A stretch of 64,000 nucleotides of DNA from Chitinophagaceae bacterium (GTDB taxonomy: Bacteria; Bacteroidota; Bacteroidia; Chitinophagales; Chitinophagaceae), in NCBI GenBank assembly GCA_016720775.1, contig JADKJX010000011.1, positions 8,896-72,895 of the forward strand, read 5' to 3'. The notes below the pieces were generated by a model. The model ran no database searches and was not told the DNA's origin. It saw only the letters and a program-made list of their open reading frames with translations. Made by a program: the position numbers and the translations under genes. Shown piece by piece: positions 1-9,306 of the stretch (positions within the stretch are counted from its first letter, which is position 1; each line of letters begins with the position of its first letter).

Positions 1-547
1 TGCTTATTAATCTGAACAGGTAATAAGGCTGTTCTGCTTCGGTGCAGGTCGTTGATGACAATACCGGTTTTACTTTCCGTTTCAATGCCCCCAGCATCTT
101 TTCTATTTCTTCATTCTTAAAATGGTGAAGGAATAAGGTTGCGATCACAATATCAAATTGCAGTTCTGCAAACTCCGCCGCCAGCACATCCATTTTTATA
201 TAACTGATCTCGGGATAACCGGCTGAAAGCTTCCGGGCATAATTTACGGTAAATTCATTGGCATCGATGCCTGTTAACCTAAAAACGTAATTATTTGCTC
301 TTCCATAGTCGGCCACTGCCCGAAGCATATCGCCGCTGCCACAACCCAGGTCAACGATTGAAATGACCGAACCAGCCGGCCTGGGTTTTAATAACGTATG
401 CAAACCATTGATGGTTGCTTTGTTTCCGCCCAGGCGTTTGTTTATGGCAGCGATCTGGTCCAATGTTTTTTGCAGCATTTCACCCTCCATGAAAAGATCA
501 TCCATGATCTCTTCTTCTGTGCTACGGTATGCTGTATTGACGAACAT
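1..547 (-). CDS. Class I SAM-dependent methyltransferase domain protein (runs off the left edge)
   Basis: Manual translation from ATG at 547: MFVNTAYRSTEEEIMDD...SIVDLGCGSGDMLRAVADY...LTGIDAN...FDIVIATLFLHHF. DLGCGSG is SAM-binding motif I. Absent from the ORF track because there is no stop in the window. Confidence 0.85.
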   Translation of the reverse strand, partial: MFVNTAYRSTEEEIMDDLFMEGEMLQKTLDQIAAINKRLGGNKATINGLHTLLKPRPAGSVISIVDLGCGSGDMLRAVADYGRANNYVFRLTGIDANEFTVNYARKLSAGYPEISYIKMDVLAAEFAELQFDIVIATLFLHHFKNEEIEKMLGALKRKVKPVLSSTTCTEAEQPYYLFRLIS

Positions 548-583
548 TTATGAATAGGTTTGCCGGATGGTATATTTATAAAT

Positions 584-1721
584 TTATACCGTTGTTAGTT
601 TTAAAGGTTTGCCATGCGTATGCCTGATAATGACTGGCAATACTGCCGGGATATGTGTAACGCCATACATGATCGCTCTTGTAAGACCGTCTTTTCCGAA
701 AAAAGGTTGCAGGATCCTGCCGGTTGTTATCCGGGTTTTAAAAGTTGCGTTCCAGGCCTGGCTGTAAGCGGCTTCTAATTCCTGCCGGGATCTTATTTTT
801 TTGTTGAAATGATCAATGATCAGTTCCGAAGCTATTTTGGCGCTGTGTATCGCCATGGCCATACCATTGCCACACATGGGATGGATCATGCCGGCAGCAT
901 CGCCACACATAAGCATATGATCTTCCACGGTTGATTTATTGGAGAAAGACACCTGGCTGATAGTTAGAGGATGCTCAAATGCCGGGACTGAGTTTTCAAA
1001 AATTAATTTCAGATGCGGATTTTTGCAAAGCACTTCCAGCCGGAATGTGTCAATATTCCTGTACTGCTGAAAACTTTTGTACGTAGCCAGGTAGCAAACA
1101 TTCAGGTTCCTGTTTTCCACTTGGATACGCCGCAATAGCCTCCTTTAAAATTGTGCAAGGCTACCAGGTCTTCGGGAAATCTCCTTTCAAATGTGTTTTG
1201 ACTGCCACAAAAGGAGACCGGTGTTTAATAAAAGCCCGTTCAATTTTTACATCAATATTGCTTCTTTTGCCAAAAGCGCCAATTACAATTTTTGCCGTAA
1301 GTTCCTTCCCATCCTTGGTCAGAACCCGGAACAGCTCATTTTCGAACTGAACATCGGTAACAGTATCCTGCAATACGGTGCAGTTATTTTGCAGTGCTTT
1401 TTGTAAAAGAAAATGATCCAGTGTGTACCGGCTTACCCCAAAGCCACCCAGCGGAAGTTTTGTTTCGATTGTTTTGCCACGGGTGGTACTTAATAAGAAC
1501 CGGTTGATCCTTTTTGCACCAGTTGTCATAGGGTCTGCACCAAGCAGTTGCAGGTAAGGCAATACCTCATTAGAAACATACTCGCCGCAAACCTTGTGTT
1601 TGGGGTATTCGTTTTTTTCGATGAGAGTAACTGCCAGGCCAGCTTTGGATAAGTGAATGGCACTTACCAGTCCGGCCAGTCCGCCACCAATGATTATGAT
1701 ATCTGTTGCATTGCTCTTCAA
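584..1721 (-). pseudogene. NAD(P)/FAD-dependent oxidoreductase (geranylgeranyl reductase-like), split by two -1 indels
   Basis: N-part has IIIGGGLAG...EK..YP.HKVCGEY and C-part has GDAAGMIHPMCGNGMAMA. The middle frame EDLVALHNFKGGYCGVS links them. Single bases are missing near 1165 and 1121. May be a sequencing artefact. Confidence 0.85.
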
Positions 1722-1938
1722 AAGATCAGGTTAGATAATTCCAGGTACGGGCGCCGGAAATTTGGTTAAAAGTACATGCAAATCCGGTCATGTCTTTAAA
1801 TCCACAAGGCTATTTTTTTTGTATGTATTTTCTTGATATAGGAATAAAGTTAAAAAATGTTAAAAGCACCTGCATGTCATGCAAATGACAAAGGGTACAG
1901 GCAAGCCGGTTTAGTTTTGCTTTGAAAATTGCATACTT

Positions 1939-2391
1939 ATGAAAAGATTTTTCATTCTGTTCATTATTTGTTGTGTAATAGGGATGGCCTCCTGTAAAAA
2001 AGATAATATCCCTTCCAATGGTAATGAAATTATTGTTCCTCCATCCGATACAAGTACCACGCAAATCCTTTACAGTGGCAGTTTAATAGGCGGGGAGGCA
2101 GGTGACCAGGCCAGGGGAGATGTGACCGTGGAGAGAGTGGGTTCAAGAAAATACCTGGTGTTCCGGAATTTCAATTCCAACAGCGGGCCGGATGTACATG
2201 TTTATTTTTCAAAAACGATCGGTAGTCATGCATCACCACCAACGGAATATAAAGACCTCGGTTTTTTAAAATATACCAGCGGAACCTTCAATTACGAGTT
2301 ACTTACCGACCCGGATATTTCTAATTATAAATACGTTCTCATCTGGTGTGCCCAATACCGCATCCAGTTCGGGTATACAGAATTAAAATAA
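1939..2391 (+). CDS. DM13 domain lipoprotein
   Basis: Lipobox GMASC. DM13-like motifs GPDVHVYFS, LGFLK..SG.FNY and VLIWC....QFG. Confidence 0.8.
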   Translation: MKRFFILFIICCVIGMASCKKDNIPSNGNEIIVPPSDTSTTQILYSGSLIGGEAGDQARGDVTVERVGSRKYLVFRNFNSNSGPDVHVYFSKTIGSHASPPTEYKDLGFLKYTSGTFNYELLTDPDISNYKYVLIWCAQYRIQFGYTELK

Positions 2392-2423
2392 AACCTGCAG
2401 CGTAAAACATTCAAATCTTAGTT

Positions 2424-3161
2424 ATGAAACAAAATTTGATCCTTATTTTTTCAATACTGTTTTTATCTGCTGAGGCGTCAGCCCAACAGAAAGCAAAAAG
2501 GCCGGTTGATCGGTTTGCCGATTTTAGCGTAGGTATCGGCCGTTCACAGGCGGCTGTTTCACTTGCTTATGTACATAACTGGAAGGTATTAAAGCGCAAG
2601 AAGTGGGAAATTGGTTTTGGCGCCCGTTTCACCAGCTATTTCGGAAGCAATCATTATTTCAGAACTGCCCCGGCAAAACTGACCAGTGGCAAAACTGACC
2701 CAACGGTGTTGTTCTCCGATGACATTGATGCTAACATTGATTCTGTATTGTTTCCAAAGGCACAGGTCAATTCATTTAATATCTCGTTGAACTTTGGTTA
2801 TAATTTCAGCAAAAAATTCTCTGCAGGATTGAACATTGATGCGGTGGGATTCAGCTTTGGCGGAAAGCAAAGCGGTACTTACTATGGAAATAATTTTGCA
2901 ACCGGTGTACCGGTAAGCGCAAAACCAACCGTTTTTAATCTTTTGTTAATCAGCGATAATGACAAGGGATCGTTGAACAGTGAATTGTTCGGTAAATATA
3001 AGTGGAATAATTCTTGGGGAGTGAAGCTCGGTATCCAGTTTTATTTTGCCGAATACAAAACGGATACAAAAGTACAGACAACACCCGGCGGCGATATGAA
3101 TGACCGCTTCCGGAAAAAGATGCTGGGAGCCGGGATCGGAGTGACCTACAATTTTAAATGA
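2424..3161 (+). CDS. Hypothetical exported protein, probable outer-membrane beta-barrel
   Basis: Signal peptide, alternating amphipathic strands, C-terminal GVTYNF-type aromatic end. Confidence 0.5.
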   Translation: MKQNLILIFSILFLSAEASAQQKAKRPVDRFADFSVGIGRSQAAVSLAYVHNWKVLKRKKWEIGFGARFTSYFGSNHYFRTAPAKLTSGKTDPTVLFSDDIDANIDSVLFPKAQVNSFNISLNFGYNFSKKFSAGLNIDAVGFSFGGKQSGTYYGNNFATGVPVSAKPTVFNLLLISDNDKGSLNSELFGKYKWNNSWGVKLGIQFYFAEYKTDTKVQTTPGGDMNDRFRKKMLGAGIGVTYNFK

Positions 3162-3195
3162 TGGATCGTCGGCTGTTTTTGATTAATTTTAGCTC

Positions 3196-3741
3196 ATGAA
3201 AAGATCAATTATTTTTTTTATCTCTTTAATTGGATTTGTAAGCCTGTTAAAAGCGCAATCAATCTTAACCCCGGTTGATGCCGACAGCAAGGTTCATTTT
3301 GTGATCAAAAATTTTGGCATTAAGACCGGGGGTGATTTTACCGGGCTGAAAGGGAACATGAAATTTGCCCCTGAAAATTTAGCCGCCTGCAGTTTTGATG
3401 TAACCGTTGATGCCGGTACAATTAATACCGATAACGAAAGCCGCGACGGTCACCTGAAGAAGGCTGAATACTTTGACGTAACCACCTACAAGACCATTCG
3501 TTTTAAAAGCACCAAGGTTGTTCTCTCATCTGTTGCCGGGAGGTATTATATTTTTGGAGAGGTTACCATAAAGGGCGTTACCAAGCCTGTTGAATTTGGT
3601 TTTTCCGCAAAGCCAAAAGATGGCGGATACATTTTTGAAGGGGAGTTCGGTATTAACCGGAGGGATTTTGGGGTGGGTGGAAGCAGCATCTCCATGTCGG
3701 ATAATTTAACCGTGTCTTTATCTGTATTTGCAAAAAAATAA
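3196..3741 (+). CDS. YceI family protein
   Basis: Signal peptide; SINTDN..RDGHLK..EYFD....I.FKS; TIKGVTK; INRRDFGVG. Confidence 0.9.
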   Translation: MKRSIIFFISLIGFVSLLKAQSILTPVDADSKVHFVIKNFGIKTGGDFTGLKGNMKFAPENLAACSFDVTVDAGTINTDNESRDGHLKKAEYFDVTTYKTIRFKSTKVVLSSVAGRYYIFGEVTIKGVTKPVEFGFSAKPKDGGYIFEGEFGINRRDFGVGGSSISMSDNLTVSLSVFAKK

Positions 3742-3804
3742 TTTTCTTTCCTGATTACTTCTCAATCATTGGCAGGATGTTGATCTGCTTGTTATCTTTG
3801 CCTG

Positions 3805-4482
3805 ATGCCGAAACTGTTCCGTATTTTTTGGTGGGGTCTTCTCATCAGTTTCCTGGGTTCGTTACCGCTTGGTACCCTTAATGTGGCTGCTATGCAGATC
3901 GGCATACAGGAAAGTATTATGAACGCCTTGTATTTCTCCTTTGGTTCTTTATTGGTTGAAATGATCTACGTACGCATATCGCTTGTGGGCATCGATTGGG
4001 TCCGCAAACAGAAAAGGCTGATGAAGGCCATGGAGTGGATCACCCTGCTTATCATCATTGCGCTGGCTGTTGGTAGTTTTATTGCAGCAACGAAAGACAG
4101 CGGCACAGCAAAGAATGTCATTCTGCAAAACAATATGCACCGGTTTCTATTGGGTATGTTCATGTGTGCCATTAACCCGGTGCAGATCCCTTTCTGGTTT
4201 GGGTGGAGTACTATCCTGTTCACGAAAAAAATACTGGAGCCCAGGCAAAGCCATTATAATATTTATATCATTGGAATAGGACTGGGTACCCTGGCCGGTA
4301 ATGCTGTTTTTATTTTTGGAGGCAAGTGGCTGGTTCAGCGCATCGCCAACAGCCAGCAATATTTAAACTGGGTGATCGGCGGTATTTTTGCCCTCACGGC
4401 AATCATACAGGCCATAAAAATGATCCGGCATAAAGATGCGGTACATAAATTCACGCATGCCGATGAACATAAGAAAGATTGA
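3805..4482 (+). CDS. LysE family transporter
   Basis: LISFLGSLPLGTLN N-terminal motif, NPVQIPFW motif and multiple TM helices. TATCTTTG promoter just upstream (3793-3800). Confidence 0.8.
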   Translation: MPKLFRIFWWGLLISFLGSLPLGTLNVAAMQIGIQESIMNALYFSFGSLLVEMIYVRISLVGIDWVRKQKRLMKAMEWITLLIIIALAVGSFIAATKDSGTAKNVILQNNMHRFLLGMFMCAINPVQIPFWFGWSTILFTKKILEPRQSHYNIYIIGIGLGTLAGNAVFIFGGKWLVQRIANSQQYLNWVIGGIFALTAIIQAIKMIRHKDAVHKFTHADEHKKD

Positions 4483-4488
4483 GTTTGA

Positions 4489-4848
4489 CTAATCCACAAT
4501 AAACAAGCTGCATCCGTTTTCCGACCTGCTCCGGTGTGCTTCGCAGTTATCGCCAACATGATAGGTCATTCCTTTTGACAGAACAAATTCCCGCCCGTCT
4601 TCCAGTTCGGTTATCATTTCGCCAGCAATACAATAAATGATATGGCCTTTTTTGCACCAGTGGTCGGCAAAATAATTGGCTGAATATTCCACCATCCGCA
4701 CCCGTATGTCGCCCATTTTAAAAATGCGCCAGGTGGCGATACCTGTTGTTCCTGTACGCTCTTCTTTTTCTACCGTAGACCAGTTCAGCGTTTGAAAGGG
4801 AAATTCCTTTATCTCCATAAGGCAAATTTTGAGGTTCAAATTTGGCAA
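4489..4848 (-). CDS. DHCW-motif cupin-fold protein (likely start 4818)
   Basis: RMVEYS..Y.ADHWCKKGHIIYC..GEM.TEL.DGR...HRS. Confidence 0.8.
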   Translation of the reverse strand: MPNLNLKICLMEIKEFPFQTLNWSTVEKEERTGTTGIATWRIFKMGDIRVRMVEYSANYFADHWCKKGHIIYCIAGEMITELEDGREFVLSKGMTYHVGDNCEAHRSRSENGCSLFIVD

Positions 4849-4905
4849 AATGCCTGTTCAGAAAAAATATTAATTGACTGGGCAAGTTTGTATTTTTGAA
4901 GACTC

Positions 4906-6255
4906 ATGCTTTATGCTATTGTTGATATAGAAACAACCGGCGGCCATGCTTCTGCAAATGGCATCACGGAGATATCTGTGTATGTACATGATGGCGAGCG
5001 GGTGGTTAAACATTTTGAGACCCTGGTCAATCCGCAACAGCATATTCCAAGATATATTACAGCACTTACCGGTATTGATAATGAGATGGTGGCCGAAGCC
5101 CCGGCTTTTGATGAAATTGCAGATACCCTGTTTGAAATACTGGAAGCGGCAGTGTTTGTTGCCCACAATGTGAACTTTGATTATTCTTTTGTAAAGCACC
5201 AGCTTAAACAATCGGGGTATGACCTGTCTGCAAAAAAATTATGTACGGTTCGCCTGGGAAGAAAAGTGTTTCCGGGTCTGCCTTCATACAGCCTGGGGAA
5301 TCTCTGCCGTTCGTTGAAGATCAATATCGAAAACAGGCATCGGGCAGGCGGTGATGCAAAAGCAACGGTTAAGCTGTTTGAATACATGCTGGCAAACGGC
5401 GCCCGGCAGCATATTGACCAGATGCTGAAAAAAACATCCGCTGAGCAATGGTTACCACTTAACCTGGAGAAAACGGTTATTGATAAACTGCCGCCTAAAC
5501 CAGGGGTTTATTATTTTCACAACAGCAAAGACAAGATCATTTATGTAGGGAAGGCCATCAATCTTAAAAAAAGGGTGAGCAGCCATTTTACACAAAATGA
5601 TCCCGATCCCAAGCGGCAGAATTTTATACGCAATGTTCATAAGGTTTCTTACCGGCAATGTGCCACCGAACTGGAAGCAATTGTTTTAGAAAGCACTGAA
5701 ATAAAAAGATTGTGGCCCCGGTATAACAAAAGCCAGAAGCAGCCGCTCCAGAAGTATGCACTTTATTCTTTTGAAGACAACCGGGGATATATCAGGCTGG
5801 CCATTGACAAGAAAAAAAAGAACCTGCCGTCTTTGTATGTTTTTAACCTGCTCAACGAAGGATTGGTATTGGTAAAAAAAATGGTAGAAGAATTTGAGCT
5901 GAATGCAAAACTCTGTTTTCTTGATAAAACAGCATTTACCTCCAAAGAGCAGCATGACCTGGATCCGCCGGTGGTTTATAATACAAAAATGAAGAGGGCC
6001 ATTGATGCCCTGAATGAGAACCTGCCCACTTTTGCGCTGGTGGATGAAGGAATAGCTGCTGAAGAGAAATTGTGCCTGCTCATAGAACGGGGTAGTTTCT
6101 GGGGGATGGGTTACCTGCCAAAATCATATGCCATCGCTTCTACAGGGGAGTTGAAGAATTTTCTGGATCCCTATGCAGATAATGATTATATCCGCAATAA
6201 CATTTATTCATTTGCAGAAGCCAATCCCGAAAAGAAGGTATTGCTGAACAGTTAA
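4906..6255 (+). CDS. DEDDh 3'-5' exonuclease (DnaQ-like) fused to a GIY-YIG/UvrC-N domain
   Basis: IVDIETTG, VAHNVNFD, HRAGGDA; then PGVYYF...IIYVGKA.NLKKRV.SHF. Confidence 0.9.
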   Translation: MLYAIVDIETTGGHASANGITEISVYVHDGERVVKHFETLVNPQQHIPRYITALTGIDNEMVAEAPAFDEIADTLFEILEAAVFVAHNVNFDYSFVKHQLKQSGYDLSAKKLCTVRLGRKVFPGLPSYSLGNLCRSLKINIENRHRAGGDAKATVKLFEYMLANGARQHIDQMLKKTSAEQWLPLNLEKTVIDKLPPKPGVYYFHNSKDKIIYVGKAINLKKRVSSHFTQNDPDPKRQNFIRNVHKVSYRQCATELEAIVLESTEIKRLWPRYNKSQKQPLQKYALYSFEDNRGYIRLAIDKKKKNLPSLYVFNLLNEGLVLVKKMVEEFELNAKLCFLDKTAFTSKEQHDLDPPVVYNTKMKRAIDALNENLPTFALVDEGIAAEEKLCLLIERGSFWGMGYLPKSYAIASTGELKNFLDPYADNDYIRNNIYSFAEANPEKKVLLNS

Positions 6256-6268
6256 AACCAACCTCAAG

Positions 6269-7273
6269 TTGCAAGCAGCGCTGTATAACCTGAAAATACA
6301 AAAACGGATCGCCGTTCTTTCTGTCATCTTACTCATCGTTAAAACCATTGCCTGGTATCTTACCGCTTCTGTTGCTATTTTAACGGATGCCTTTGAAAGT
6401 ATTGTGAATGTGGTTGCCGGCTTTATAGGGGTGTACAGTCTCTATGTTTCTGCAAAGCCCATGGATACGGATCATCCTTACGGACATGGAAAGGCTGAGT
6501 TTATTTCGGCAGCCATTGAAGGAACCATGATAACCATTGCCGGCCTGATCATAATTTATGAAGCACTGAATAACCTCATTCATCCACATACCATAAAAAA
6601 ACTGGATTACGGTATCATGCTTACGGGAGCCACCGGGCTGGTCAACTTTATTGCCGGGTATATATGTATAAAAACAGGGAAAAGAAATAATTCACTGGCA
6701 TTGATATCAAGTGGTAAGCACCTGCAATCCGATACCTGGACAACGATGGGTATTGTTGTTGGGCTTATCCTGCTTTTATTTACCGGGCTTGCCTGGATCG
6801 ACAGCGTGGTTGCCATCCTGTTTTCAGGCTTCATTATTTATACCGGTTACAAGATCACAAGAACTTCTGTGGCAGGCATCATGGATGAAGCGGATACTGC
6901 ATTGCTTCATAAACTGGTACTGATGCTTAATGCAAACCGCAAAGAGAACTGGATCGACATGCATAACCTTCGTATCATCAAGTATGGCAGCAGGCTGCAT
7001 CTTGACTGTCATCTTACGGTTCCCTGGTACCTGAACGTACATGAAGCACATGAAGAAATTGATGCGTTATCCGGGCTGGTAAAAAATGAATTCGGTGAGT
7101 CGGTGGAGTTGTTTGTGCATTCGGATGGCTGCCTTGATTTTTCATGCCAGATATGCACCAAGTCGGATTGTAAGGTTCGCAAACACGCATTTGAAAAAAA
7201 GGTGGAATGGACAATGGAAAATATCCTGAGCAATTCCAAGCATCGTATTTCCCGGCAGGAGAGCCAGGCGTAA
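6269..7273 (+). CDS. Cation diffusion facilitator family transporter
   Basis: SVAILTDAFES, HPYGHGKAE, HL.SD and a C-terminal H..VP....V.EAH domain. Confidence 0.92.
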   Translation: MQAALYNLKIQKRIAVLSVILLIVKTIAWYLTASVAILTDAFESIVNVVAGFIGVYSLYVSAKPMDTDHPYGHGKAEFISAAIEGTMITIAGLIIIYEALNNLIHPHTIKKLDYGIMLTGATGLVNFIAGYICIKTGKRNNSLALISSGKHLQSDTWTTMGIVVGLILLLFTGLAWIDSVVAILFSGFIIYTGYKITRTSVAGIMDEADTALLHKLVLMLNANRKENWIDMHNLRIIKYGSRLHLDCHLTVPWYLNVHEAHEEIDALSGLVKNEFGESVELFVHSDGCLDFSCQICTKSDCKVRKHAFEKKVEWTMENILSNSKHRISRQESQA

Positions 7274-7308
7274 AACCCGATACTGGATACTGGTTGGAGT
7301 AAGCGTAT

Positions 7309-8832
7309 TTAATTGTCACGGGAAAAAGTTCCGTTTTGTATCCTGGTATCATCATCCTTAAAGATGTATGTATAGTTGAGTGGGTCACCACCCGGCCAGT
7401 AAGGCTCATTATCGTTGCCATTACCGGTAGCGTAGTTGTGCGCAAGGATCACGTCAGTCATTTGTGTGGGGATACTGCCTTTTAACCAGGCCATCACAAA
7501 TCCATTCACAATATTGTTTTTAATGTAAACCCCCGTTGCACTTCCGTTGTTTCCGGCGGTAAAATCTATCCCGATAAAAGGCTCCCGGCCAGGTGCGGCG
7601 GTAATGGTATTTTTATAAATATTCAGGTTGGTTATTACCGGGTTATTTGTTCCCTCGCTGATAACAAGAATGCCTCCTGCAGTTCCGGAGCCGGCACCGT
7701 ATGCAAGGTTTGTGAATAGATTCTTCCTGATCACACAATTGGACAGGATGGTTCCGTTTCTTGTATTAAATTGTACACCGCTTGATACATTATTCAATGT
7801 ATTGTTCTCAACAATGGCCGTTTCGGTATCAAATTCAAATATGATCCCACTTTCGAATTTGGCATTCAATGTTGAACGGCTCATATTGTTATCGTGTATC
7901 CAGGCACAGAAAGCATAGGTTCCTTTGGTGTTGTAATTAAGGTCAATGCTGCCCTGTATGGTATTGTTATAAATTTCCAGTCCCTGTATGTGAAATAATT
8001 CAATGCAAAAATCCCACCCGGTTTCCCCGGGATAATTTCCCCCGTACGGTATTTTCGTAAGTACGTTATTATAGATCTTGCAACCTTTTAAATAGCCGTC
8101 GTTCATATACTTGATGGGCCAGCCGTTAAATCCTTCGGGGCGTTTGTTCTGAATAATGGTATTGTTGTAGATCAGCATCCCATCCTGTCCGCCAATGTTC
8201 AGGCAACCCCTGCCATAAATTCCTGTGGAAAGATTGTAGGCGGCACAGTTATTCACCGTATTATCATGAAAACTGTTCCCGGTGCAATAAGCAGTTACAG
8301 GCGGCGCATCCGTTAAATCATTTCTTGCGCTGAACAGTATTCCCCGGTCTTTAAAATCCACGATGGTGCAATTATAGATACTTACATTGCTCCTTCCTCT
8401 CACCCAAATAGCCCAATACGTGGAAAGATTCTGCCCATCGAATTTCAAATTGCTGATGTGCTGGTTCCCGTTCGTTCCTTCTGCAGAATTGAGCGACAGC
8501 AATTCAACAAAGTTGGTTGTTAAAGTGCTTCTGATAATGGAGGTGACCCCATCGCCCTCAATACTTACCCCCACAGCGAGAGAACACTGCAGCGTTTCGG
8601 TATACGTGCCTGCATTTACATGAATGATATCGCCTGCGGTAGTTACAGTCCCTGTTGCCTTGCTTAATGTTTTCCATGGGTTACCAGCCGAGCCATCGCC
8701 CGTAACATCATTGCCAGCCGTACTGATATAGTAGGTGGCTGCAAAACAGTTTACAGAAATGCCCAGTACCAGCAAAATGATCGCCAACGGTTTAAAGAAA
8801 CAGCTACCCCGCAAAAACAGAACAGTTATCAT
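7309..8832 (-). CDS. Secreted right-handed parallel beta-helix protein, paralog 1 (no T9SS C-terminal domain)
   Basis: Signal peptide; DUF1565/PL9-like N-terminus TYYIS..GND..GDGS..NPWKTL..A...GDIIHVNAGTY; many Asn-ladder repeats (I.NN.I). Confidence 0.8.
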   Translation of the reverse strand: MITVLFLRGSCFFKPLAIILLVLGISVNCFAATYYISTAGNDVTGDGSAGNPWKTLSKATGTVTTAGDIIHVNAGTYTETLQCSLAVGVSIEGDGVTSIIRSTLTTNFVELLSLNSAEGTNGNQHISNLKFDGQNLSTYWAIWVRGRSNVSIYNCTIVDFKDRGILFSARNDLTDAPPVTAYCTGNSFHDNTVNNCAAYNLSTGIYGRGCLNIGGQDGMLIYNNTIIQNKRPEGFNGWPIKYMNDGYLKGCKIYNNVLTKIPYGGNYPGETGWDFCIELFHIQGLEIYNNTIQGSIDLNYNTKGTYAFCAWIHDNNMSRSTLNAKFESGIIFEFDTETAIVENNTLNNVSSGVQFNTRNGTILSNCVIRKNLFTNLAYGAGSGTAGGILVISEGTNNPVITNLNIYKNTITAAPGREPFIGIDFTAGNNGSATGVYIKNNIVNGFVMAWLKGSIPTQMTDVILAHNYATGNGNDNEPYWPGGDPLNYTYIFKDDDTRIQNGTFSRDN

Positions 8833-9251
8833 AAAAACTAATTTTGAACAAATGCTTTACTAAATGGCTGAGGTTATTGCTAATTTGAGGACATCACCGC
8901 AGGTATTGGATCTTTCTATTCCCGGAATCTGGTCACAAAATATAAAAATTTAAACTGACAGCTGCATTATTTTAGTGCAAACGTTCTCGTATTCATCATT
9001 TCGGAGAGATAGCAGTTTTTTGCGTTTGGGAAAATGTAGGCGTTTTACCGGGTAAGGTCTGTAGTAGTGAAGCAGTCAGTTCCGGCTGATGCTACCCGTT
9101 ACAATGGTTTCTTCATGCGTTGATAACCGGATATAATAAATACATGTTTGCACAACGGGCACAGGCATATTGAATGTATTACCTCCTTTTTGCAATAAGA
9201 TCCAGCAATGGGAAGTAATTCTTCCATTGATATCTGCCAGGCAAATATCGG

Positions 9252-9287
9252 GAACAGCCTTTTCAACTATAGTTGAAAAGGCTGTTC
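9252..9287. terminator. Perfect 36-bp palindrome downstream of paralog 2, probable intrinsic terminator
   Basis: gaacagccttttcaacta|tagttgaaaaggctgttc, about 20 nt after the stop at 9307. Confidence 0.7.
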
Positions 9288-9306
9288 TGTCAAAAATAAT
9301 ATGTCA

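Noticed and set aside
7279-7293. gatactg gatactg g between the convergent CDF and beta-helix genes as a full cassette
   Set aside because: Only two units and no inverted partner; at most a remnant of the 29.3-kb unit type.
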